NCBI GenBank assembly: GCA_015064315.1
Contig: SVSL01000005.1
Coordinates: 182-64,181 of the forward strand
Origin: Oscillospiraceae bacterium
GTDB lineage: Bacteria > Bacillota > Clostridia > Oscillospirales > CAG-272
DNA length: 64,000 nucleotides
Reading direction: 5' to 3'
The position numbers were made by a program, and so were the translations under genes. The notes beneath the pieces are model-generated. The model was given only the letters and a program-made list of their open reading frames with translations. It had not been told where the DNA came from and did not search any database. Of the stretch, positions 16,168 through 26,108 are shown in pieces (position 1 is the first letter of the stretch; every line of letters begins with the position of its first letter).

Positions 16168-17622
16168 TTACTCGTTGGTCTGAATGACAAAGGTGTCAAG
16201 GCCAAGAATCTTTCCAAGCTTTTCAAGGGCTCCTGCATAGTTGCCGCATCCCATGGCAAAATGATGGGTGGGGCCCGCCATGGACCAGCGCTTGAGGAAA
16301 TCCACGGTGTCGCTTCCAAAGGTGACACGGGTATTGGTGTTGCCGGTTGCGGGGATCTCGCCCTCACGAGAAACGCCCTCGCCAATGATAAAGCGGAATT
16401 TTCCGTGACCGTCCTGATTGATGCTCAGAATGGTGATGGGACCCTTGCGGAGCTGAAACTCCACCGATGCTCCCGAGCCTGCTTTTCCGTGATATTTGAT
16501 CAGACTGCGCAGAACAGGCTTTCCTTCGGCGAGCTGAATGTGGTGAGGACCGTCGTGTCCCACCAGCACGCAGTTGTTTTCAAAGTCGATGGGATGGATC
16601 TCGGCAAAGCTTCCGCCAATGCCAATGGCTTCCATGATCATCATGGCAATACAGGTTTTGATATCATACTCTCCGCACATGGGAATGCCGCGGGCAATGA
16701 GCAGGGAATTTCCTACGATCAGAGAGCCCGCAAGATCACGCATTTCACTGCCTGCGGTTCCTTCATAGAAATAAGCAAGACCGTTCAGATCGTTCTTTTG
16801 GATGAATTTCATCAGAGCCGCAGAGGATCTGGCGGCACGCTCCAGATCTTCGTCGGTGAGCTTTCTTGTGACCGCATCCACCTTGGGCTCGGGGGTGTCG
16901 AACATGGAGAGGATCAGCTTCTTCTGTTCTTCAATTTCCTCTTTTGTAACCTGCTTGGTCTCCTCCAAAAGGGCATCAAGCTCCAACACAGGGGCATGAA
17001 CGCCAAAGGCGGCGTAGAGCGCCGTGGGATCGGTGTGCATATCGTACATGGATTCCAAAACGTGTCCCATCAAACCGATGCGAGCGTTGTGCAAACGCTC
17101 CAGCGCGCAGGCAACCAAGCACCAGTCGCGGATCTCGGCTTCTGCCTTTTCATCCCCATGGAGCGTTCCCACAATAACGTCTTGAATGGTTTTGTTCATG
17201 CGCAGAGCCGCGCCGCAAAACTCGGGAACCGAGCAGATGTTGTCGTTTTCCAGCTGCATTCTGGTGGTGGCGTTGGGGTAGTCCATTTTTTCACGGGGCT
17301 GAAGCGCGACCAGCACCATGGGGGCGTTCACGTTGCGCAGAATGGGCGCAAAGACCGAGGAGGTGGCGTAGGTGGTCATGTTGCAGAAGACAAAGCGAAC
17401 ACCGCGGGCGTTCATTTCATCGGCGGCGCGGGAGGCGTCCTGCTGCGTGGAAATGATGCCGAAATCAAGAACGTCTACCGGGTTTTTTGCAACCTTGTCA
17501 ACAAATTCCCTGTGAAAGCCCGCAAGGGTTTCGAGAAGCCCCGGGAACTGTCCCCAATAGGTGCCGTGTCCTACGCCGAAAACGGCAACGGTGGGCTTTT
17601 TTACAGCGATCTTTTCAATCAT
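16168..17622 (-). CDS. L-arabinose/L-fucose isomerase-family protein
   Basis: 484 aa. The N-terminal VAVFGVGHGTYW...CNMTTYATSS and the C-terminal HHFAMGCGNY resemble the AraA/FucI superfamily. Confidence 0.72.
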   Translation of the reverse strand: MIEKIAVKKPTVAVFGVGHGTYWGQFPGLLETLAGFHREFVDKVAKNPVDVLDFGIISTQQDASRAADEMNARGVRFVFCNMTTYATSSVFAPILRNVNAPMVLVALQPREKMDYPNATTRMQLENDNICSVPEFCGAALRMNKTIQDVIVGTLHGDEKAEAEIRDWCLVACALERLHNARIGLMGHVLESMYDMHTDPTALYAAFGVHAPVLELDALLEETKQVTKEEIEEQKKLILSMFDTPEPKVDAVTRKLTDEDLERAARSSAALMKFIQKNDLNGLAYFYEGTAGSEMRDLAGSLIVGNSLLIARGIPMCGEYDIKTCIAMMIMEAIGIGGSFAEIHPIDFENNCVLVGHDGPHHIQLAEGKPVLRSLIKYHGKAGSGASVEFQLRKGPITILSINQDGHGKFRFIIGEGVSREGEIPATGNTNTRVTFGSDTVDFLKRWSMAGPTHHFAMGCGNYAGALEKLGKILGLDTFVIQTNE

Positions 17623-17741
17623 ATTTTTTCTCCTTTGATTGCTTTGATGGCTTTATTATAACAGTTTTTTTTCAAAATCCAATGGATTTTTCCAATAAAA
17701 AGATGTCAAAAATAAACCTTTTTGACAGAAAGGAGTCTGCC

Positions 17742-18626
17742 GTGAGGGAAGCAAGGCTGTGTGAGATCACGCCCTTTTTGCGGTATTTTCATACCATACA
17801 GACCGATCCGCATTTTTACGGCGGCATGGTCACGCCCTACGATCACCGCTTGTTCTTTGTACGGAGCGGCACCTTGAAGCTTCGCTTGGAAAAGGACGGA
17901 GCGATCACGGAAACGCCGATCTCACCGTCGGGGCTGGTGTTCATTCCCTCGGGGACCTCCTATGGATTGGGCGAGGGCGAGGGAGAATTGGATATGGTTG
18001 CCGTCAACTTTGATCTTTTTTGGGAGCATTCCCACGTGGAGCGACCTATTTCTCCCGACCGAAGCGAGCTTTTTTGTGCCGAACGGGTCATCGAACGGGT
18101 GGCGTTTTCGGATGCTTCGGCACTGAACGGTGTGCTGATTCTTGACCGTCAGCGGGAGCTGATGGAGGTTTTTCGCCGTATGGAGGAGGAGACCGAGCGG
18201 CAGGAAGCGTATTTTCGGGAGTCTCAATCCACCTGCCTGCGGCAGATCCTGCTTCATCTGGCAAGAACCTCGGCGTGCGGAAACGACGCGGGGAGCCGAC
18301 GGACGGTGGATCGGGTCATTGCCCTGATCCGCGAGGAGTACGATCGACCCATTGACAATGCCGAGATCGCCGCGCGGTTGAATTACCACCCCAATTACCT
18401 CAATCGGCTGATGCAAAAGCACACCCACTGTACGCTGCATCAATATCTTTTAAACTATCGGTTCGATCGGGCGCTGAGCCTTTTGATGCTGACCGATCTG
18501 CCTCTCTCGGAGGTGGCGGCGCGCGCGGGATTTGCGGACGTGTCGCATTTTTCCAAGCTTTTTCGCAGGCGCATGGGACAGTCACCCGGAAAATTCCGCA
18601 TCGATCAGAGAGAGCTTAAGAAGTAA
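17742..18626 (+). CDS. AraC-family transcriptional regulator
   Basis: C-terminal HTH (IAARLNYHPNYLNRLMQKHT...VAARAGFADVSHFSKLFRR). The GTG at 17742 lies 7 nt after AAAGGAG. The ORF-track start at 17487 would overlap the upstream gene. Confidence 0.78.
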   Translation: MREARLCEITPFLRYFHTIQTDPHFYGGMVTPYDHRLFFVRSGTLKLRLEKDGAITETPISPSGLVFIPSGTSYGLGEGEGELDMVAVNFDLFWEHSHVERPISPDRSELFCAERVIERVAFSDASALNGVLILDRQRELMEVFRRMEEETERQEAYFRESQSTCLRQILLHLARTSACGNDAGSRRTVDRVIALIREEYDRPIDNAEIAARLNYHPNYLNRLMQKHTHCTLHQYLLNYRFDRALSLLMLTDLPLSEVAARAGFADVSHFSKLFRRRMGQSPGKFRIDQRELKK

Positions 18627-18674
18627 TCAATTCTGTCATATCCATCATTTCGTAACCAAGGAAAGGAATTTACT

Positions 18675-21600
18675 ATGTTGTATCCAAAGAACAAAAAGCA
18701 AATGCTGGAGGATGCGCTTTTCAGATCTCCCACCTCCGAATATCGCGGCACGCCCTTCTGGGCATGGAACGCGCATCCCGATCGGGATGAGCTTCGCCGT
18801 CAGATCGAGATCTTCCGTCAGATGGGCTTTGGCGGCTTCCATATGCACGTGAGAAGCGGCATGGATCAGGAATATCTCAGCGAGTCCTTCTTTGATTGCA
18901 TCCGCACCTGTGTGGACGAGGCAAAGGAGAAGAAGATGCTGGCATGGCTCTACGATGAGGACCGTTGGCCCTCGGGGGCTGTGGGCGGAATCTTGACCAA
19001 GGATCCCGCAAACCGCCAGCACTTTCTGCTCTTTACCTGCACTCCGTACTGCGGAAAGACCTATAAGCGTCCCTTGACCGCCAGCGGCTCCAACTGGGCG
19101 GAGAGAACCGAAAACGGCGAGCTTCTGGCTTGCTATGACGTGACGCTGGACGGCGACGGATGCCTCAAAAGCTACCGCCGTATTGGCGAAAATGAGGAGG
19201 CTACGGGCAAAAAGTGGTACGCTTACGTGGAAATGCCCTCGCCCAATCCTTGGTACAACGGACAGACCTACGCCGATCTGCTCAACGCCAAGGTGACCGA
19301 GCAATTCGTGCAGATGACCCACGCCAAGTACAAACAGGAGCTGGGAGGCTCCTTTGATAACAGCGTGGTGCCCGCCATCTTCACCGACGAGCCCCAGATG
19401 GCGCAGAAGAGACCTCTGCCGGAGGCCTTTGCCGAGGATGCCGAGGCGGTACTGCCCTGGTCGGTGGGCATGGAAGTGGATTTCCTCAAGGAAGAGGGCG
19501 TGGATATGCTGGAGCGTATGCCCGAGCTCTTCTGGAATCTTGCCGACAATCGCCCCTCCGAGCTTCGCTGGAGGTTCCATAACTACATCACCGAGCGTTT
19601 TGTGCGCTCCTTTGCCGACGTTTGCGGCAAGTGGTGCGAGGAGAACGGACTGCCTCTGACGGGGCACGTCATGCGCGAGCCCACCTTGACCTCTCAGACG
19701 GGAGCCACCGGCGAGACCATGCGCTCCTACCGTTCCTTCACCATTCCCGGCATCGATATGCTCCGCAACAGCTACGAATATACCACCGCAAAGCAATGTC
19801 AATCGGCGGTTCGTCAGTACGGACGGGAGGGTATGACCTCCGAGCTTTACGGATGCACCGGATGGAATTATGATTTTGCGGGCTACAAGCGTCAGGGCGA
19901 CTGGCAGGCGGCGCTGGGCGTTACGGTTCGCGTCCCCCATCTTTCCTTTCTCTCCATGCGCGGCGAGGCAAAGCGTGACTATCCCGCATCCATCAGCTAT
20001 CAATCGCCTTGGTGGCGCGATTTTGCTCACGTGGAGGATCATTTCGCCCGTCTTGCCACGGCGCTGACCCGCGGAAAGGCACTTGCGCGCGTTGCCGTGA
20101 TCCATCCCATTGAGAGCTATTGGCTCTGCTACGGACCCGAAAAGGAATCCGCCGAGAGCAAGGCAAGATTGGATAAAGCCTTCCAAAAGCTCACCGAGTG
20201 GTTGATCTTCGGCGGCATGGATTTCGACTTTATCAGCGAGGCGCTCCTGCCCTCTCTTTGCGAAAAGGGAAGCGCGCCCCTTGCGGTCGGTAAGATGCAG
20301 TACGATGCCATCATCGTGCCTCCCATGCTGACCATTCGTGATACCACGGTGGCGCGTTTGCGCGATTTTGCAAAGGATGGCGGCAAGCTGATCTTCACCT
20401 CCGAGCCCCCTCCTTACCTCAACGCCGTCCCCTCCTTTGAGATCGGTGACGTCTATCGGGATGCCACGGTGGTTCCCTTTGAGAAGGATGCCGTGCTGAA
20501 CGAGCTGGAGGCTTATCGCGAGATCGAGATCACCGAGCTGGGCAAGGGAAGATCCAAGGATCTGCTCTTCAATCTCCGCGAGGATCACGATTGCAGATGG
20601 CTCTTTTTGGCGCAGGGCAGACGCGAGCGGTACGCGGGCGCCAAGGTTTTTGGAATTACCCTCAACGGCCTTTACACCGCCGAGGAATACGATACCGAGA
20701 GCGGTGAGCATTTCCCCATGGAGGTGCTTCACGCCGACGGAAAGACCTGCTTTATGCGCTCCATGCGTGACTGTGATTCGCTTCTGCTCCGCTTGAACCG
20801 AGTGGAGGAAAAGAAGCAGACGGTCCTTGACCGTTCCTTTACCTATCGCACCGACGAGCCCAACGTGCTTCTCATGGATGCCGCCGAATATGCGCTGGAT
20901 GATGCGCCTTACGATGCTTGCACCGAGCTGCTTCGCGCCGATAATATTTTGCGCGCCAAGGTGGGCTATCTTTCGAGAGAATCTGCCATCGTTCAGCCTT
21001 GGGTATACGGCAAGGAGACCATGACCCACCGCATTCGTCTGCGCTTTGTGGTGGAAAGCGAGATCGAGGGTATTTGCCCCAAGGTGGCGGCAGAGCTGAC
21101 CGAGGATAGTCTCATTACGTGGAACGGTGAAAGAATCTCCATGAACGTGGACGGCTGGTACGTGGATAAGGCGATTGTTACGGTTCCTCTCACCGCGCTG
21201 AAGAAGGGCAAGAATATTCTGGAGGTGGATATGCCCTTTGGCAAGACCTCCAACACCGAGTGGTTCTATCTTCTGGGCGAATTTGGCGTACGTGTGGAAG
21301 GAAACAGGTCTGTGATCATCCAAAAGCCCGAGAAATTGACCTGCGGCGATCTCGCGGAGCAGGGATACCCCTTCTATGGCGGAAAGCTCTTCTTTGAGAC
21401 CGAGATCGAGACCAAGGGCGACGCTGTGCTGAAATTCCCCGCGTTTGGCGGAACCTTTGTAAAGACTTACGTGGACGGAAAGGCGAGCGGAATTGCCGCA
21501 TATCCTCCCCATCGTATCGCTCTTAAGGACTTGACGGCAGGAACGCACAAGCTCACCGTGGAGCTTTGCCTGCCCCGCACCAACTCCTTCGGACCGGTTC

Positions 21601-21725
21601 ACTTCAAGGATGGAGCCGATTCCTACCTCTCGCCCAACACCTACAGAACGGTTGGGGAGAACTGGAGCGACGACTACGTTTTAGCAAAGCAGGGACTTTT
21701 GGAAGCTCCCGTTATGGAAGAATAA
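18675..21725 (+). CDS. Large glycoside-hydrolase-like protein (1016 aa; GH106-like / jelly-roll type by N-terminal motif)
   Basis: The N-terminal TPFWAWN...IFRQMGFGGFHMHVRSGM pattern is common to this class. Ribosome site AAGGAAAGGA. Confidence 0.65.
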   Translation: MLYPKNKKQMLEDALFRSPTSEYRGTPFWAWNAHPDRDELRRQIEIFRQMGFGGFHMHVRSGMDQEYLSESFFDCIRTCVDEAKEKKMLAWLYDEDRWPSGAVGGILTKDPANRQHFLLFTCTPYCGKTYKRPLTASGSNWAERTENGELLACYDVTLDGDGCLKSYRRIGENEEATGKKWYAYVEMPSPNPWYNGQTYADLLNAKVTEQFVQMTHAKYKQELGGSFDNSVVPAIFTDEPQMAQKRPLPEAFAEDAEAVLPWSVGMEVDFLKEEGVDMLERMPELFWNLADNRPSELRWRFHNYITERFVRSFADVCGKWCEENGLPLTGHVMREPTLTSQTGATGETMRSYRSFTIPGIDMLRNSYEYTTAKQCQSAVRQYGREGMTSELYGCTGWNYDFAGYKRQGDWQAALGVTVRVPHLSFLSMRGEAKRDYPASISYQSPWWRDFAHVEDHFARLATALTRGKALARVAVIHPIESYWLCYGPEKESAESKARLDKAFQKLTEWLIFGGMDFDFISEALLPSLCEKGSAPLAVGKMQYDAIIVPPMLTIRDTTVARLRDFAKDGGKLIFTSEPPPYLNAVPSFEIGDVYRDATVVPFEKDAVLNELEAYREIEITELGKGRSKDLLFNLREDHDCRWLFLAQGRRERYAGAKVFGITLNGLYTAEEYDTESGEHFPMEVLHADGKTCFMRSMRDCDSLLLRLNRVEEKKQTVLDRSFTYRTDEPNVLLMDAAEYALDDAPYDACTELLRADNILRAKVGYLSRESAIVQPWVYGKETMTHRIRLRFVVESEIEGICPKVAAELTEDSLITWNGERISMNVDGWYVDKAIVTVPLTALKKGKNILEVDMPFGKTSNTEWFYLLGEFGVRVEGNRSVIIQKPEKLTCGDLAEQGYPFYGGKLFFETEIETKGDAVLKFPAFGGTFVKTYVDGKASGIAAYPPHRIALKDLTAGTHKLTVELCLPRTNSFGPVHFKDGADSYLSPNTYRTVGENWSDDYVLAKQGLLEAPVMEE

Positions 21726-21730
21726 AACAA

Positions 21731-21758
21731 CAACCGCTCGCAGAAATGCGAGCGGTTG
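21731..21758. terminator. Bidirectional terminator hairpin between convergent genes
   Basis: CAACCGCTCGCA-gaaa-TGCGAGCGGTTG, T-rich on both outer sides. Confidence 0.6.
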
Positions 21759-21778
21759 CTCTTTGTAAAGCTTTGTTT

Positions 21779-22393
21779 TTATCTTGCGATCTTCTTCGAT
21801 ACAATATCGATTATGCGCTTGATGGAAGGTGAAAATACGGCGTTGATGGCGAATTCAAAGATGAAATTCAAGCCCGCGCAACCGATTACCAGAAAGTAGA
21901 ACATGGAGGTTCCGTCACCCAAAAAATTACTTTGGAAGGTGTCCATCATGGTGTAGCTTCCGAGAATGAAAATGCCGGTGTTTACCACGGGGAATGCCAG
22001 GGATGCCAGCACCACTCTTGCAAAATCGGGGATCTTCTTCATATACTTAAAGATCAAGCCCGAAGCCAAGCCTGCCGCCATTGCCTTTACCAGGCAGAGC
22101 AGGGTGGTGAGGATGGGGTGATCCTGAAAGAGCGTTCCCGTAAAGGGATCCTGTCCCATCACACCCAGTACGATCACGACCTCTGCGCCAAACACAAAAC
22201 CAAGCCACACACCTGCGGCAGGTCCAAGAAGCATTGCGCCCAGAGCGATGGGGATTCCCACAAGACTTACGGGAGTGGCGAGAAAGGGAAGACGGACGGC
22301 GATTCCTGCCAGCTGCAATACCAGCACGATGGCGGTCAGAACAGCCAACTCAACCATATAGAGAACCGATTTTTTTCTTTTGCTTGCGATCAT
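21779..22393 (-). CDS. ECF-transporter S component, possibly pantothenate-specific (PanT-like)
   Basis: 204 aa with about 6 TM helices, immediately downstream of coaX in the same orientation. Confidence 0.55.
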   Translation of the reverse strand: MIASKRKKSVLYMVELAVLTAIVLVLQLAGIAVRLPFLATPVSLVGIPIALGAMLLGPAAGVWLGFVFGAEVVIVLGVMGQDPFTGTLFQDHPILTTLLCLVKAMAAGLASGLIFKYMKKIPDFARVVLASLAFPVVNTGIFILGSYTMMDTFQSNFLGDGTSMFYFLVIGCAGLNFIFEFAINAVFSPSIKRIIDIVSKKIAR

Positions 22394-22531
22394 AACAAGC
22401 CCTCCTTTACTGTCGTTCCGCCCATAGCGGATACGGCGAAAAATAATATTGTAATACGCGTTCTTTTTGCGGTAGGATCCAAGAGATCGGTACCCTCCGT
22501 CAAGACTCGCGGAATTACCAAATGGATTTTT

Positions 22532-23311
22532 TCAGCTTCTGCGTCCCCGATTGATGCGGTGAATCTCGCAAAGCCCCTTCAGTGCCAAGAGCGGAATATG
22601 CTTGGTGTGCGAGGGGAGATAGGGCAACAGATATTCGGCGTAGCCTCCCGAAACCACCAAGGGGGTATCCTCGGGAAGTCCGTATTCCTTGCGGTACAGA
22701 TCGTAAAAGCCGCACACCGAAAGGGCTTCTCCGCGCAAAACACCCGTGCGGATGCAGTCGGCGGAGTTCTTTCCAAGGGCACTGACCGAATGCTTGGGCG
22801 GCACCTCGGGGAGCAGCTCGGCGTCGCGGAGGGCATCAAAGCTCATGCCAATGCCGGGCAGAATGCTTCCGCCTGCGTAGGCACCCGTCTCATCGATGAG
22901 AGACAGCACCGTGGCAGTGCCGAAATCGGCAATGATGGCAGGGTATCCCAATCCCGCTCGCGTTGCCGCAACCGTGGCGGCAATATCGGCACCCAGCTCC
23001 GAGGGATCGTCAATGCGAATGGGGAAGCCGGTTTTGAGACCGGGGCCCACCGTCATCATGGGGGCGTCCGTCAGCTCGCGGATGGCGGTCTTCAGCTTTT
23101 TGGTCAGGGTGGGAACCACCGATCCGATGATCACGTCCGTGACGTTTTGGAGATCGGCACGGTGGAAGCTTGAAAGCGAAGAAAGCATCCATGCGTATTC
23201 GTTTTCCGACCGCGCGGCATCCGAGCCCAGCGAAAAATGCGCAACAAGCCCATTGCCCTCAAAGAAGCCGACGTGAATATTGGTATTTCCGATCTCAACG
23301 GCAAGCAGCAT
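22532..23311 (-). CDS. coaX: Type III pantothenate kinase
   Basis: MLLAVEIGNTNIHVGFF..., DFGTAT and the rest of the typical CoaX pattern. Confidence 0.9.
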   Translation of the reverse strand: MLLAVEIGNTNIHVGFFEGNGLVAHFSLGSDAARSENEYAWMLSSLSSFHRADLQNVTDVIIGSVVPTLTKKLKTAIRELTDAPMMTVGPGLKTGFPIRIDDPSELGADIAATVAATRAGLGYPAIIADFGTATVLSLIDETGAYAGGSILPGIGMSFDALRDAELLPEVPPKHSVSALGKNSADCIRTGVLRGEALSVCGFYDLYRKEYGLPEDTPLVVSGGYAEYLLPYLPSHTKHIPLLALKGLCEIHRINRGRRS

Positions 23312-23370
23312 GACGTTTCTCCTTTCTTGGTCACTTGACGGCTATATTATACTCTCGTTCTCCCGATTTG

Positions 23371-24270
23371 TCAACTGTTTTTTTCAAAGTTGGTTGCAAA
23401 CAGGGCTTTTAATCGTCGGCAGTTGTCCTTGGAGGGAGGGCAGAGGGGGAGGCGATATTCGGCTTGGCAAAGCCCCATCAAGGACGCCGCGTACTTTACG
23501 GGAATGGGATTGACCTCCCAGAAGAGCGATTTGTAGTAGGGAATGAGGGCGCGCTGCGTCTGATCAGCAAGCTGACGGCTCCCGTTGACAAAGAGGCGGT
23601 AAAGCCGACTCATCTGCTCGGGAAACAGGTTGGAATAGACCGAGATTCCTCCCACGGCTCCCAGCTTCAGGGCGGGGATCAGCTGGTCGTCGTTTCCCGC
23701 GTACACGTCCAGCTCCTCGCCGCATTCTGCAATCAAGGCTTCCATCAGCCCAAGATCTCCCGAGGATTCCTTCACGCCCACGATGTTCGGGTGCTTGGCG
23801 AGGGCGCGGTATTCCTCCATCCCAAGGGAAACTCCGGTTCGCGAGGGCACGTTGTAGAGCATTAAGGGGCGTGTGGCGGCGTTGGCAATGGCTTCATAGT
23901 GCAGGATCAGTCCCCTGTGGGACGCCTTATTGTAATAGGGGGTGACCGCCAAAAGGGCGTCGGCACCCGCCTCGCAGGCGTTCTGCGCCAGCTCAATGGC
24001 ACGGGCGGTGGAATTGGAGCCGCACCCCGCAAGGAGCGGAACTCTTCCGCCAATGCGCTCCTTGGCAAAGGCAATGACGTCGTGATGCTCTCTGTAGGAA
24101 AGCGTTGCGCCCTCTCCCGTGGTGCCCGCCACCAAAAGGGCGTCAATGCCTCCCTCAATCTGTTGCTCGATGAGATCGGCAAGGGCGTTGTAATCAATGG
24201 AATCCTCCCGAAAGGGCGTGATCAGCGCGGTGGCAACGCCGTAAAAGACGGCGGATTTGTGAAGGCTCAT
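23371..24270 (-). CDS. dapA: 4-hydroxy-tetrahydrodipicolinate synthase
   Basis: GTTGEGATLS, YNVPSRTG and VGVKESSGD motifs. The start at 24270 follows AAAGGAG. Confidence 0.82.
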   Translation of the reverse strand: MSLHKSAVFYGVATALITPFREDSIDYNALADLIEQQIEGGIDALLVAGTTGEGATLSYREHHDVIAFAKERIGGRVPLLAGCGSNSTARAIELAQNACEAGADALLAVTPYYNKASHRGLILHYEAIANAATRPLMLYNVPSRTGVSLGMEEYRALAKHPNIVGVKESSGDLGLMEALIAECGEELDVYAGNDDQLIPALKLGAVGGISVYSNLFPEQMSRLYRLFVNGSRQLADQTQRALIPYYKSLFWEVNPIPVKYAASLMGLCQAEYRLPLCPPSKDNCRRLKALFATNFEKNS

Positions 24271-24331
24271 AAAAAATCTCCTTTGGATGGATGTTTTTTT
24301 TAAAAAAAGCAAGACTGTTTACAAAAACAGG

Positions 24332-24360
24332 TTGCAAAAAACGCAAAGATAAGGTATAAT
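24332..24360 (+). promoter_or_regulatory. Promoter of queA
   Basis: TTGCAA (24332..24337), 17 nt, TATAAT (24355..24360). Confidence 0.55.
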
Positions 24361-24438
24361 AGAGGGTAGAAAATGAAATATTCTGTTATTCTCACAATAT
24401 GACAGAATGGCTGAAAATGTGACAAAAGGAATGATACC

Positions 24439-25518
24439 ATGAACAAGGTGATTATCAACGAAAAAAAGCATACCGACCTTAAAACCGCTGACTTTTTCTA
24501 CGATCTGCCGGAGGCTTTGATCGCTCAGCATCCCATGGAGCAGCGTGATCATTCGAGACTCATGGTGCTGGACCGAAAGAACCAAACGCTGGAGCATAAG
24601 CATTTTTTTGATATTCTGGAGTATCTGGAGCCTGACGACGTTCTTGTCATCAACGATTCCAAGGTGATCCCCGCACGTCTGTTCGGACACGTGGAGGGCA
24701 GGGAGGAGGCTCTTGTGGAGCTTCTGCTTCTGCGCCAGCGCGATCTTGACGCATGGGAGACTTTGGTAAAGCCCGGAAAGCGTGCCCGTGTGGGGATGCG
24801 CATCGTCTTTGGCGGCGGCATCCTTGTGGGCGAAATCACCGACATTGTGGAGGAGGGCAACCGCATCATCCAATTTGAATACGATCATGAAAAATACGGC
24901 AATATCTACGAGATCCTACAGGAGATCGGGCTTATGCCTCTGCCGCCCTACATCACCGAGCAGCTGAAGGACAATGCTCGCTATCAGACGGTCTACGCCC
25001 GTGAGGAGGGCTCGGCGGCAGCTCCCACGGCAGGGCTTCATTTCACGCCCGAATTGTTGGAAAAGATCAAGGCAAAGGGCGTTGCCATCGCTCCCGTCAT
25101 GCTTCACGTGGGACTTGGAACCTTCCGCCCCGTCAAAGCCGAGAGCATTAACGATCACGTCATGCACACCGAATTTTTCTCGGTTCCCGAGGAGAGCGCA
25201 AGAATCATCAACGAGAGAAAAGCGCGGGGCGGACGCCTGATCTGCGTGGGAACCACCTCCTGCCGCACCATCGAGTCGGTGGCAGAGGAGAACGGACATA
25301 TTCCCGCTATGAGCGGAGACACGGGGATCTTCATCTATCCCGGCTACCGCTTCAGGGCGGTGGATGCCCTCATCACCAATTTCCATCTGCCCGAAAGCAC
25401 CCTGCTCATGCTGGTCTCGGCGTTCTACAACCGAGAAAAGGTCATGGAAGCCTACCACACGGCGGTGGAGGAAAAGTATCGTTTTTTCAGTTTTGGAGAC
25501 GCGATGCTGATACGATAA
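24439..25518 (+). CDS. queA: S-adenosylmethionine:tRNA ribosyltransferase-isomerase
   Basis: [15 protein letters not shown]...[26 protein letters not shown]. Confidence 0.92.
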   Translation: MNKVIINEKKHTDLKTADFFYDLPEALIAQHPMEQRDHSRLMVLDRKNQTLEHKHFFDILEYLEPDDVLVINDSKVIPARLFGHVEGREEALVELLLLRQRDLDAWETLVKPGKRARVGMRIVFGGGILVGEITDIVEEGNRIIQFEYDHEKYGNIYEILQEIGLMPLPPYITEQLKDNARYQTVYAREEGSAAAPTAGLHFTPELLEKIKAKGVAIAPVMLHVGLGTFRPVKAESINDHVMHTEFFSVPEESARIINERKARGGRLICVGTTSCRTIESVAEENGHIPAMSGDTGIFIYPGYRFRAVDALITNFHLPESTLLMLVSAFYNREKVMEAYHTAVEEKYRFFSFGDAMLIR

Positions 25519-25826
25519 AAGATTTTATCGTATCAGCAGGTAAGAGGTAATAGGTAAGAGTGAAGAGGTAATGAAGATTTTCGCCCACGGCGAAAATCAA
25601 CCAAAATTATTCACTTTTCACTTTTACTTTTTACATCGCGTACCCTCGCGGACGCGATGCTGATCGTATAAAAGATTTTATCGTATCAGCAGGTAAGAGG
25701 TAATAGGTAAGAGTGAAGAGGTAATGAAGATTTTCTCCCACGGCGAAAATCAACCAAAATTATTCACTTTTCACTTTTACTTTTTACATCGCGTACCCTC
25801 GCGGACGCGATGCTGATCGTATAAAA
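25498..25826 (+). repeat. Tandem repeat, 153-bp period, 2 full copies plus a partial one, starting inside the last 7 codons of queA
   Basis: GACGCGATGCTGA recurs at 25498, 25651 and 25804. The copies differ at only a few positions. Confidence 0.9.
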
Positions 25827-25833
25827 ATAACCC

Positions 25834-25896
25834 GTAGGGCGGGGGCTTGCTCCCGCCGAAAGATAAAAGGAAGGCGGCACCAAGGCACCGCCCTAC
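25834..25896. repeat. GTAG...CTAC twin-hairpin doublet (variant GGGCGG core)
   Basis: GTAGGGCGGGGGCTTGCTCCCGCC ... GGCGGCACCAAGGCACCGCCCTAC. Confidence 0.65.
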
Positions 25897-25963
25897 AAGC
25901 GATTTCTCATATCCCGTACACTACGCGGACGCGATGTTTATTCAATAAAAGAAAAATCACACG

Positions 25964-26011
25964 GTAGGGGCGACCATCGGTCGTCCGCGGACGTGCAATG
26001 CACGCCCCTAC
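25964..26011. repeat. Back-to-back GTAG...CTAC twin hairpin
   Basis: GTAGGGGCGACCATCGGTCGTCCG-CGGACGTGCAATGCACGCCCCTAC. Confidence 0.7.
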
Positions 26012-26108
26012 GGAAAAGTTTTTTAAACCTATTGACAACAGTTTACTCGTTCGGATTTGTAAAGATTGATCTCATGATTCACGATCCATCTTTTGGAAAG
26101 GAGCCCCT

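Noticed and set aside
17487-17741. N-terminal extensions suggested by the ORF track (17487 for the AraC gene, also 43529, 29824, 34714, 45349, 59893 and 62045)
   Set aside because: The extensions overlap upstream genes, promoters or the T-box terminator and lack ribosome sites. Internal starts with AAGGAG-type sites were preferred.
18645-21602. 985-aa ORF on the minus strand
   Set aside because: It is the antisense shadow of the well-supported 18675..21725 glycosidase gene. Its composition is low-complexity and rich in Gly, Leu, Arg and His, which is typical of the reverse frame of GC-rich genes. It has no ribosome site or promoter.
24361-24438. preQ1-type riboswitch upstream of queA
   Set aside because: The leader has one hairpin (ATTCTGT...ACAGAAT) but none of the conserved preQ1-I/II sequence features I know.
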